From contig CAYTKM010000001.1 in NCBI GenBank assembly GCA_964438425.1, positions 590,603 to 654,602 on the forward strand: 64,000 nucleotides of DNA, given 5' to 3'. The position numbers were made by a program, and so were the translations under genes. Origin of the DNA: an uncultured Gammaproteobacteria bacterium (GTDB taxonomy: Bacteria; Cyanobacteriota; Vampirovibrionia; LMEP-6097). Below are positions 28,675 through 37,308 of this stretch, piece by piece (within the stretch, counting starts at the first letter, position 1; every line of letters begins with the position of its first letter). The notes beneath the pieces were generated by a model. The model ran no database searches. It saw nothing but the letters and a program-made list of their open reading frames with translations, and was not told where the DNA came from.

Positions 28675-29490
28675 ATGACTCAGCATCGCAATGCTCTGCT
28701 TTTTATCTTGCCCTGGCTACTTAGCTTCTTACTTTTTTTTATTGGACCAATTTTAGCGAGCTTTTGTTTAAGTTTTACTGTTTTTGATGGTTTCAGTGAA
28801 CCTAAAATAGTCGGCTTTAATAACTACACGCGTTTAGCTAATGATGGTAGCTTTTGGCAGTCACTAGTTGTAACTATGAAGTTTGCTTTTTTTAATTTGA
28901 CTATTGGTACTAGTCTGGCGCTCGGCTTAGCTATAATCTTAAATATAGATTTTAAAGGTCGTAGTTTGTTTAGAACACTTTTTTATTTACCGACAGTTAT
29001 ACCTATCGTAGCTAGTAGTATGGTGTGGATTTGGATTTTTAAAGAATTGCGTGACCCCAGTTTTTTATCTGATACCCAGCTGGCTTTGCCAGCGCTGGTA
29101 GTTATAAGTTTTTGGAGCTTGGGTAATCCGATGCTTATATATCTGGCTGGTTTGCAAAATATTTCAGAATCTATGTACGAATCAGCAGAGCTAGATGGCG
29201 CTTCACTGTGGCAAAAATTTGTGCATATTACTCTACCTAGTCTCGCGCCCGTGATTTTGTTTAATGTGATCATCGGTTTAATTCAGGTCTTTCAGTATTT
29301 CGTGCCAGCTTATATTATGACTAGTGGCGGACCGCAAAGCAGCACCCTGTTCTATTCTTTATATACTTACCAAAAAGCCTTCGAAGATTTTCAGTTTGGC
29401 TACGCAAGCACGCTTGCCTGGGTACTATTTTTTATAGTACTCGCTTTTAGCGCACTTGCTTTTAAAATTTCAAAGTCAGCTGAAAAATAA
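28675..29490 (+). CDS. Carbohydrate ABC transporter permease (MalF/UgpA type)
   Basis: FRTLFYLPTVIP, EAA motif YESAELDGASLWQKFVHITLPSLAP, FQFGYASTLAW. Confidence 0.9.
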   Translation: MTQHRNALLFILPWLLSFLLFFIGPILASFCLSFTVFDGFSEPKIVGFNNYTRLANDGSFWQSLVVTMKFAFFNLTIGTSLALGLAIILNIDFKGRSLFRTLFYLPTVIPIVASSMVWIWIFKELRDPSFLSDTQLALPALVVISFWSLGNPMLIYLAGLQNISESMYESAELDGASLWQKFVHITLPSLAPVILFNVIIGLIQVFQYFVPAYIMTSGGPQSSTLFYSLYTYQKAFEDFQFGYASTLAWVLFFIVLAFSALAFKISKSAEK

Positions 29491-29741
29491 TTTTAAGTTA
29501 ACTATAAAAATATTAGATTTAGCATAGAACACTTTTTTAATTGAATTCTGTGCACTTTAGACTGCTTGACAGTATTTCTATAAACTAAAGCTCAGTTTTG
29601 CCATTAAATACTAAGCATATTGATGGCTGCTATATAAATAATAATCATTAAATCTTAGTTGTATAGCTTTCTGATAAAAGGCTAAAATAATAATAGTACT
29701 AAAGTAATACTTTAAAGTTAATCAGTGGTGCAGAATTTTTA

Positions 29742-31694
29742 ATGAATGTAAAAACTCCAGAAATTGAAAATCAATTAAAACAAATCACCCAAGATCCTGG
29801 CGTTTATTTATTTTATGATCGCTTCGATAGAATTATTTATATAGGTAAGGCGATTAAACTTAGATCTAGAGTTGTTTCATACTGGAATCAGTCTAGCTGG
29901 AAAGATAGACCTAAACTTAGATTTATGGTGCCAAAAGTAAAGCGCATCGAAACCATCATTACTAAAAATGAAAAGGAAGCTTTAATCTTTGAAGCTAATT
30001 TAGTTTTTAAACATCAACCTCAGTATAATGTTCTTCTAAAAGATAATAAAACTTTCCCTTGGCTGGTAATAACTTATGATGAAAGTTTCCCGCGTCTGCT
30101 ACCTGTAAGAGATGTAGCTAAATTTAAAAGTAAAAAGAAATCTAAAAACAAATTTTTTGGACCATACACAAATACTGGTGCCATGTATGAAAATCTGGAG
30201 CTAGTAAACGAACTGTTCCCACTGCGTAAAAAACGTGTACCACAGTTTAGAGATAGACCATGCCTAAACTACCATTTAAATAAATGTCTGGGTCCCTGCC
30301 AGAATCTGGTTAGTGAAGATGAGTATAGTAATATGCTCTATCAGGTTGAAATGGTCTTAAATGGTAATCATAGTGATTTAAAAAAGCTGATGACAGAAGA
30401 AATGTACCGTCATAGCGAAGATCTGAACTTCGAGCGCGCAGCTAAATTAAGAGATCGAATTAAGGCTTTGGAGACTTTTAATGAGCACCAGAATGTAATT
30501 AGTGACGATGAAAATCTCGACCAGGATGTTTTTGCTTTAGTATATGATCAGGATAAAACACTTAATAAGGATGAAAAAGATCGCGAGCATGCTGAAATCG
30601 CTTGCTTGCAGGTTTTTAAAACTCGCAAAGGTAAACTTATTAACCGCGATAGCCTGGAAATCGAATTTACTGAAAATGATGATCATCATGAAGTTTTCGA
30701 ATCAACCTTTATTCAGTATTATACGAAGATTGCAGATGATGAGATTCCTAAAGACATTTTACTGAGCCAGGGTTTATATGATGCAGGCTTTAATGAAAGT
30801 CAAGCCGATCACTTGCTGATGATTGAAGACTGGTTATCTGAGCGCAAAGGCTCCAAGGTTAAAATAAGTATTCCACGTAAAGGTGATAAGTACGCGCAGA
30901 TTGAACTTGCGCGGCGTAATGCGAAGATGAATTTACATAAGATTAAATTAGATAATCTTGAAAGTGAATCTAAAAATATTAACCAGGCACTTGAAAACCT
31001 CCAAAAAGAATTAGATCTAATAAATTTACCTGCTCGCATTGAATGTTTTGACATTTCCCATATTCAGGGAACTAACGTGGTGGCTTCGATGGTTTGTTTT
31101 ATCGATGGTATGCCAGCTAAAAACGAATACAGACGTTTTAAAATGTCTAAAGAGCAAAACAATGACTTCGATAACATGAAGGAAGTAGTTTACAGGCGCT
31201 ACCGTCATTATGTACCCGATGAAGATAACCCGGAGATCATTTTTACTGGTCAGTATGACCCTGATACTATTCCTAACTTAATAATTATTGATGGCGGTAA
31301 GGGGCAGTTAAGCGCAGCGCAGGAAGTAATGAAAAATCTTAATCTATTACATATACCGATGGTTGGCTTGGCTAAAAGAGAAGAAGAAGTGTTTATGCCT
31401 GGCGAAAAGCGCCCAGTAATTTTGGAGCGCAAGTCGCCTGAACTATTTTTAATCCAAAGAATCCGTAACGAAGCTCACAGGTTTGCGATAACTTACCATC
31501 GTAAATTAAGAGCTAAGTCAGCTACGCTTAGTGTACTTGATGGTATTAAGGGACTTGGTCCAGCTAAAAAGAAGCGTCTATTAGATAAATTTTCTACCGT
31601 AGAGAACATCAAGAAAGCAAGTGAAGAAGAGCTTACAGCACTGCCTGGTTTTAATGATAAATTAGCTCAAAATATTAAAGAAGCTTTAGTCTAA
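29742..31694 (+). CDS. uvrC: Excinuclease ABC subunit C
   Basis: GIY-YIG (PGVYLF...IYIGKAIKLRSRV), UVR coil (LNFERAAKLRDRI), RIECFDISHIQG, LIIIDGGKGQL, IRNEAHRFA, HhH tail. Confidence 0.97.
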   Translation: MNVKTPEIENQLKQITQDPGVYLFYDRFDRIIYIGKAIKLRSRVVSYWNQSSWKDRPKLRFMVPKVKRIETIITKNEKEALIFEANLVFKHQPQYNVLLKDNKTFPWLVITYDESFPRLLPVRDVAKFKSKKKSKNKFFGPYTNTGAMYENLELVNELFPLRKKRVPQFRDRPCLNYHLNKCLGPCQNLVSEDEYSNMLYQVEMVLNGNHSDLKKLMTEEMYRHSEDLNFERAAKLRDRIKALETFNEHQNVISDDENLDQDVFALVYDQDKTLNKDEKDREHAEIACLQVFKTRKGKLINRDSLEIEFTENDDHHEVFESTFIQYYTKIADDEIPKDILLSQGLYDAGFNESQADHLLMIEDWLSERKGSKVKISIPRKGDKYAQIELARRNAKMNLHKIKLDNLESESKNINQALENLQKELDLINLPARIECFDISHIQGTNVVASMVCFIDGMPAKNEYRRFKMSKEQNNDFDNMKEVVYRRYRHYVPDEDNPEIIFTGQYDPDTIPNLIIIDGGKGQLSAAQEVMKNLNLLHIPMVGLAKREEEVFMPGEKRPVILERKSPELFLIQRIRNEAHRFAITYHRKLRAKSATLSVLDGIKGLGPAKKKRLLDKFSTVENIKKASEEELTALPGFNDKLAQNIKEALV

Positions 31695-31800
31695 AACATT
31701 AATTTCGTATGTTTAAGCTACTAATAAACTTACTGGCTATAGCCAGACTGAATAGGTAATATGAAGTTTTAAGCTTTCTTAACCAGCAGTTAGATTATTT

Positions 31801-31838
31801 TTGTTATTAAAATGAGAAGTTCAAATTCTATTTAGAAC
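31801..31838 (+). promoter_or_regulatory. Upstream motif shared with the paralog: TTGTTA-N15-CAAATTCTATTTAGAAC, then SD AAGGAAGG
   Basis: Same 17-mer at the same 21-nt offset from TTGTTA occurs at 34324-34361. Confidence 0.6.
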
Positions 31839-31861
31839 TAATATTACGAAGGAAGGTAAAC

Positions 31862-34066
31862 ATGAGCGAAATAAATGGACTTAGTCCGCAGGAAATAAAA
31901 TTACGCGAATTAGAACAAAAGAATGCACTTGAAAAATTTGCTGATTATTCGAAGACACTTTTTGAAACTGGTGAAATCGATATGGTAAATGATAGTGATT
32001 TATTAACGCAGGCATCTGTTGCATATAGAGGCACATTGAATGAAGTAGCAGAAACAGCAATTGACAATGCGACCAAGGATGGAGATATTTTATATGGCGA
32101 GCTAAGACAGTTGAATGATGTTTACATCGATTATGAAAAAGGTGCTAACAAAATTAATCAAGCTTTAAGCAGAGTTGATGGAGAGCAACCGAGAGATAAA
32201 TTAGCTGATCAAGATGTTAATTTAGGTGCTTTTATTGATTCTTTTGCAGCAAATCCTGAAAAAATGTATCGCAATGGTGTAAGTGAATTAATTAATGATA
32301 AAGGTGGAAAATTTAACACTACAGTCAATGATGCTGAAAGACGTAGAGATAACGATGTATATAAAGAAAATAGACAGAACTATTTTTCTTCTTTCTTTCA
32401 AACTGATAAAGAGTTTGGTATTGATGATTTTGAGATAGTCGAAAAAGCTTTTAATGAATATCAAGAAGCTGTCGGTGATAGAGGTGATCCGAATGAACTT
32501 TTTAAAGATTTGAAAAGAGGTTTAGAAACAGGAAATAGAACATTTTCTGATGAAGTGAAAGCTAAGATTGAACAGGCTGACCTGAAAGAGGGTGAATATG
32601 AAACTTTCGTTAAATCTCGAAATGCAGAAGGAGATCTTGGAGGTATAACTGATTTTGTTATATTCAATAATGCTCAAGATGGGTTGAAAATTGAAGCAGA
32701 TGAGATGCAACTATTAGCTGATAAATTTTTAATTAATGAATATGCTAAAAAGGACGCTACTGAAGTTCGTGGTGCGTCATATGAACAAACAGTGAAATTT
32801 GATGAGTTTATAGCTGATACACTTGCTTACAATAATTTAGAGGCAAGCGAAGTTTTAACAGAAGATGCTGCTGAGTTGCTAACACAAATTAGTGAAAACT
32901 TAGTAGTTCCACCAACATACGGTCAAAGCACAGAAGAAGTTGCTACAGAGCAAACTGGTGAGCTTGATTTAGAGGCACTTGCAAGTCAGGAAGCTATTGA
33001 TAAAGCAGTAGAAGATGGTATTTTAAAAGCTGAAATCGCTGAAGAATTTGCTGGTAAAATTACCAACCAAGGTTTAATTGACTTAGGAGCTGATCCAGCT
33101 TTCGCTAACCCAGATGAAGTGCCAGAAAAATTTCAGGCAGGGGTTGAAGACTTTTTAGCTTTAGATAAAACGAATGAGTTTTTAGGTCGTGATGAAATTA
33201 GAGATGTTGAAAGCGTAGATGAGGTTGCCGGCATAGAGACCACTGATGAAGTTGTAGAGACTGAAAATGCTGAGCAAACTGGTGAGCTAGATCCAACAGC
33301 TTTAGCAAGTCAAGAAGCTATCGATAAAGCAGTAGAAGCTGGTATTTTAGATGCTGGTTTAGCAGAAGAGTTCGCTGGTAAATTGACTAATCAAAATTTA
33401 ATCGATTTAGGTGCTGAACCTGCTTTAATTAATCCAGATGAAGTACCTGAAGAATTTCAGGCTGGCGTAGATGAGTTTATCGAATCAGATCTGATAAATG
33501 AATTTCTTGGACGTGATGGTGCCACTGAAACTACTAGTGAGCCAGCAGCAGAAGGCGTAGGACAATATAATAACGTCTTTCGTGAAGGCGATTTTGCCTC
33601 AGATTTCCAAGAATCTTTAAATGATAATGGAGTGATTTCTGGTGGTGAGTTTACTCGTCTAAAAGGTAAATTTGAAGCGCAAGCTGATGATACGCAACAA
33701 AGCTTCGAGCAATATATGCTTGCTGCTATCGCTGAAGGTTCTGTAAGTGTTACTGACGAAGTAATGACTACTATTAACGAGACTTCAGGCTTAGTTGAAA
33801 TGAGTAATGAAGTAGCCTTAGAAACAATTGCTAACGATTCTTTCTCAGCAGAAGTTAAGCAGGCTATTAGTGATGGTGTCTTGTCTGTTGATGAAGCGCG
33901 TAGCCGAGGCGGTAATATTAGTACAGAAGCGCTCGCTGATCTATACAATGATCCATTGTTAAGTGGTTTAACAGCAGGCGTCATGGAAGTGCCAGATATG
34001 TACCAGGCTAGTGTTGATGATCTGACTAATTCAGAAGAAATGCAAAGATATATAAGTAGATCTTAA
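31862..34066 (+). CDS. Highly acidic modular protein A (three copies of an approx. 80-aa module; EF-hand-like loops)
   Basis: 734 aa, D/E-rich; module ASQEAIDKAVEDGIL..AEEFAGKITNQ.LIDLGA.P...NPDEVPE.FQAGV..F occurs twice plus a divergent C-terminal copy; strong SD. Confidence 0.85.
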   Translation: MSEINGLSPQEIKLRELEQKNALEKFADYSKTLFETGEIDMVNDSDLLTQASVAYRGTLNEVAETAIDNATKDGDILYGELRQLNDVYIDYEKGANKINQALSRVDGEQPRDKLADQDVNLGAFIDSFAANPEKMYRNGVSELINDKGGKFNTTVNDAERRRDNDVYKENRQNYFSSFFQTDKEFGIDDFEIVEKAFNEYQEAVGDRGDPNELFKDLKRGLETGNRTFSDEVKAKIEQADLKEGEYETFVKSRNAEGDLGGITDFVIFNNAQDGLKIEADEMQLLADKFLINEYAKKDATEVRGASYEQTVKFDEFIADTLAYNNLEASEVLTEDAAELLTQISENLVVPPTYGQSTEEVATEQTGELDLEALASQEAIDKAVEDGILKAEIAEEFAGKITNQGLIDLGADPAFANPDEVPEKFQAGVEDFLALDKTNEFLGRDEIRDVESVDEVAGIETTDEVVETENAEQTGELDPTALASQEAIDKAVEAGILDAGLAEEFAGKLTNQNLIDLGAEPALINPDEVPEEFQAGVDEFIESDLINEFLGRDGATETTSEPAAEGVGQYNNVFREGDFASDFQESLNDNGVISGGEFTRLKGKFEAQADDTQQSFEQYMLAAIAEGSVSVTDEVMTTINETSGLVEMSNEVALETIANDSFSAEVKQAISDGVLSVDEARSRGGNISTEALADLYNDPLLSGLTAGVMEVPDMYQASVDDLTNSEEMQRYISRS

Positions 34067-34121
34067 TAGTTAATATAAGTGGTTTAAATCACTTAGCTTG
34101 AACTGTTGAAAATCTGTAAAT

Positions 34122-34180
34122 AAACATTTGACCCTGACGTGAAGTTTTAGCTTTAAGTCGGGGTTTTATGTTTATTTTGT
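34122..34180 (+). terminator. Probable intrinsic terminator
   Basis: ACCCTGAC...GTCGGGGT stem followed by TTTATGTTTATTTTGT. Confidence 0.55.
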
Positions 34181-34323
34181 TTTATAGGAGACATCAAATT
34201 ATTTAATGTCTGAATCTGAAAATTAGTATAGGGCTTTTTTCATTAGTATAATTGCTATGTTAAGAGCTTATTTGTAAATCTGCTGAATTAGGTTAAGTCT
34301 CTTAACCTGCATTTAGAAAATAT

Positions 34324-34361
34324 TTGTTAGATTACGAGTATATCCAAATTCTATTTAGAAC
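34324..34361 (+). promoter_or_regulatory. Second copy of the shared upstream motif
   Basis: TTGTTA-gattacgagtatatc-CAAATTCTATTTAGAAC, then AAGGAAGGTAAA before the ATG. Confidence 0.6.
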
Positions 34362-34377
34362 AAAAGGAAGGTAAAAT

Positions 34378-36660
34378 ATGGACATTAATAGTTTAAAAGC
34401 CGAAGAGCTTAAACTACAACAAACTAGAGAAAGGCAAAATGCCTCTGAAATGCTTGATAATAACGGTAAAGCGTTTGAATCAGGAATGGTAGATATGGTT
34501 GAAACCACAACTGCACTGCCAGCTGAAGCATTTCAGACGGGTGGTCTTGAAAGCCAAAGTGGCATGGTGCCAGTTCAAAGCGAGCAACTACCACAAGATA
34601 TTGAAGCTAGCATGCAAACTTTATCAGACTCAGTCGCTTCTAAAGGTGAAGCAGCGCAAGCTACAGGCTTTACAGAATCAGAAGATAGATTAAATGAATT
34701 ATCTATTGGTTATGCAGTTGAATTTTTTGAAGCTCGTTCAAATGACGGTAAAATTGATTTGACTGAATATGAAAGTCTTAGAGCTGCTTATAGAGATAAA
34801 TTAGGCGCTATTCAGAATGTACAGCAAGAAAGTGGCGTAGCTGTATATGAAGATAAGTTTGCTTTTGAAAAAGATATGCAATTTGCAGTTGAAAACTATG
34901 GTCTTGAAGTTGCTGATGACGTTGCTGCTAAGCAAGATGAAGCTATCAATAGACTTGTTCCAGAAGGCGAGTATGAAACATTTAGTGCTTCTCAGTCTGC
35001 CAAAGCTGAATTCGCTGATGCTTTCGGGTTAGCGATCGGTTCAGAAGGTAAAATTGACCTTGACGAATTTAATTCACTTGAAGACAAATTCATGCTTAAA
35101 GAGTATGCTCGTAAAGATGAGATCGAAGTTAGAGGTGGCGCGTTTGAACCTACTAATATGGATAAGTTTGTTGCAGATTATGCTAATGCTCTGGGTCTTG
35201 AAGTAAGTGATATTCTGGAACCAGAAGTATTAGAAATTGTTACCGCTGCTGATAGAGAGCCGCCAGAAGTGCCTCCTACATACGGAGTAGGTAATGCTGC
35301 TGAAGTAATGCCAGACCAAACCATTAACCAAGTTATGGAGCAAGGTGAAATTACTGCTGGCGAGGAAACTGACGAAGTTGCAGCTACCGATGAAGTTGCT
35401 GGTACAGATGAAGCCGAAGCTACTGGTGAGACTGAAGAATTAGATCCTACAGCTTTAGCTAGTGATGATGCTATTGCAAAAGCAGTTGAAGATGGAATCT
35501 TAGATGCTGGCTTAGCAGAAGAATTTGCTGGTACACTTACTAACCAAAATCTAATCGATTTAGGAGCAGAGCCTGCTTTAACTAACCCAGATGAAATACC
35601 TGAAGAATTTCAAGCTGGCGTAGATGAGTTTATCGAGTCAGACCTGATAAATGAATTTTTAGGACGCGATGGTGTGACTGAAGCTGAAGGCATAGATGCT
35701 GTTACTGAAACTGACGAAGTCACAACTACCGATGAGGTTGCTGGTACAGATGAAGCTGAGACTGATGAACTAAATACTGCAGCAGTATTAACCCCTGAAG
35801 AGCAGGCTGCTAAAGCTAAAGAAGACTATACTGTAGCGTTTAATGATTTCTTGGATGATTTTTCAGCTTCAACTGAAGAAGATGGTTTACTTTCTGGTAT
35901 AGAATACGGTAGATTAAAAGAAAAATATGAACAGCAGGTAGAACTTCAAAATGAATCTTTAGCATTTGAGGGACAAAACGCTGCTGCACAGTCTTTTGAT
36001 AGATTTCTAGAAAAAGCATATACCAGAGGTGATTTAGAAATTTCTGATGATGTGTTAGCTGCGATGGAAGATTCTGTAGACGCTATGTCAGCTGATGAAA
36101 TCGCTGTTGAAGATGAATTTGTTAACACTAAGTTAGCTTTTTATGATGCAGTCGCTAACTTAGGTGGTGAAGTGAATGCTGATAATATTGGTGATTTGGT
36201 GAAAATGTACACTGAAAAAGAAGAAGCTAAGAAAGCTATGCATACTTCATTAGGTGCAGATTATACAGCTTATGGTTTAGATGAATTGTTAGCTCTAGAA
36301 GGTGTTGAAATTACTGATGATGTAATGGCAATTATTAATGATGCTCAAAAACCTGCTGATAACGTAATCGATGCTGCGGTAGCTGATGCTTCAGGTGTTG
36401 CTCAGATGAGTGATAGCATAGCAACAGAAACTGTCACAAGTGAATTTTCAAGTGAAGTTCAAAAAGCTGTTGATGATGGTGTTTTATCAGAAGAAGTAGC
36501 AAGAAGTATGGGTGGTAGTATTAGCGCCGAAGCACTTGCTCAGCTATATAACGAGCCATTACTAAACGGTATTTTTGAAGTGCCAGATCAATTTCAAGCA
36601 GGTACTGATGATTTCATGAACTCTGAAGAAATCCAAAAGTATCTTGGTAGAGCTTCGTAA
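34378..36660 (+). CDS. Highly acidic modular protein B, paralog of 31862..34066
   Basis: 760 aa; aligned N-terminus (FESGMVDMV vs FETGEIDMV), EGEYETF, KEYARKD..EVRGG, VPPTYG, shared module and C-terminus; TDEVA(A/G) linkers. Confidence 0.85.
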   Translation: MDINSLKAEELKLQQTRERQNASEMLDNNGKAFESGMVDMVETTTALPAEAFQTGGLESQSGMVPVQSEQLPQDIEASMQTLSDSVASKGEAAQATGFTESEDRLNELSIGYAVEFFEARSNDGKIDLTEYESLRAAYRDKLGAIQNVQQESGVAVYEDKFAFEKDMQFAVENYGLEVADDVAAKQDEAINRLVPEGEYETFSASQSAKAEFADAFGLAIGSEGKIDLDEFNSLEDKFMLKEYARKDEIEVRGGAFEPTNMDKFVADYANALGLEVSDILEPEVLEIVTAADREPPEVPPTYGVGNAAEVMPDQTINQVMEQGEITAGEETDEVAATDEVAGTDEAEATGETEELDPTALASDDAIAKAVEDGILDAGLAEEFAGTLTNQNLIDLGAEPALTNPDEIPEEFQAGVDEFIESDLINEFLGRDGVTEAEGIDAVTETDEVTTTDEVAGTDEAETDELNTAAVLTPEEQAAKAKEDYTVAFNDFLDDFSASTEEDGLLSGIEYGRLKEKYEQQVELQNESLAFEGQNAAAQSFDRFLEKAYTRGDLEISDDVLAAMEDSVDAMSADEIAVEDEFVNTKLAFYDAVANLGGEVNADNIGDLVKMYTEKEEAKKAMHTSLGADYTAYGLDELLALEGVEITDDVMAIINDAQKPADNVIDAAVADASGVAQMSDSIATETVTSEFSSEVQKAVDDGVLSEEVARSMGGSISAEALAQLYNEPLLNGIFEVPDQFQAGTDDFMNSEEIQKYLGRAS

Positions 36661-36716
36661 AGAAAGACTATAAATAGACAACGGTATGAGATAGTCTCAT
36701 AAATATATACAATGTT

Positions 36717-36750
36717 AAACGTCCATCTTTAAGGTGGACGTTTTGTTTTA
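36717..36750 (+). terminator. Intrinsic terminator
   Basis: AAACGTCCATCT-tta-AGGTGGACGTTT then TGTTTT. Confidence 0.75.
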
Positions 36751-37030
36751 ATGATATTAAAAACTTACTAGTTTATAAAAGTAATTAACCAGGGAATTAA
36801 ACTAATCAGTACTGTTTAGATCTTTGCTTTATCCTAAGTAATTTAAAGAGGATTTAAGGTATATAGAATCAGTCTATTAAATATATAGTAGTTTAATGAA
36901 ACACTGAGACGACTTAGCTCTTCATGGAAATATTAGTTTATAAAGGTGAGTCTAAAATTTCTAATATAACTAGATTTAATTAAAGCAGATTTTAACTAGT
37001 TTTAAAAAAACACTAATGATGGGCTTAGTG

Positions 37031-37270
37031 TTAGACTTCTTTAAAAACAAAACTTTCCTCATCAGTTTGTTTACTGTTTAGCTCCGTTGCTTCAATGTCT
37101 ATCACACCTGAATTATTATGATCTCTGGTAGTTTTATTTTTGAAAAAATGATTTTTACTTTTTGTAAATATATCTTTTAAGATTAAAAATAAAAAGAGAA
37201 CTAAAATTAGCTGCCAAAATTTAAAGACCAGTGCTATTAAGATTAGGCTTGTAATTAAGATAACTATCAT
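37031..37270 (-). CDS. Small single/dual-TM membrane protein
   Basis: 79 aa, hydrophobic N-terminal third, polar tail with GVIDIEA; own extended -10 (TGTTAAAAT) 6 nt before the ATG. Confidence 0.6.
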   Translation of the reverse strand: MIVILITSLILIALVFKFWQLILVLFLFLILKDIFTKSKNHFFKNKTTRDHNNSGVIDIEATELNSKQTDEESFVFKEV

Positions 37271-37308
37271 GTTGCTATTTTAACAAAATTTGGTTTATAG
37301 TGTACTGA

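Noticed and set aside
37031-37270. Immunity gene for the upstream nuclease toxin
   Set aside because: It is a small membrane protein with its own promoter-like signal; nuclease immunity proteins are normally soluble and coupled to the toxin stop. Not fully excluded
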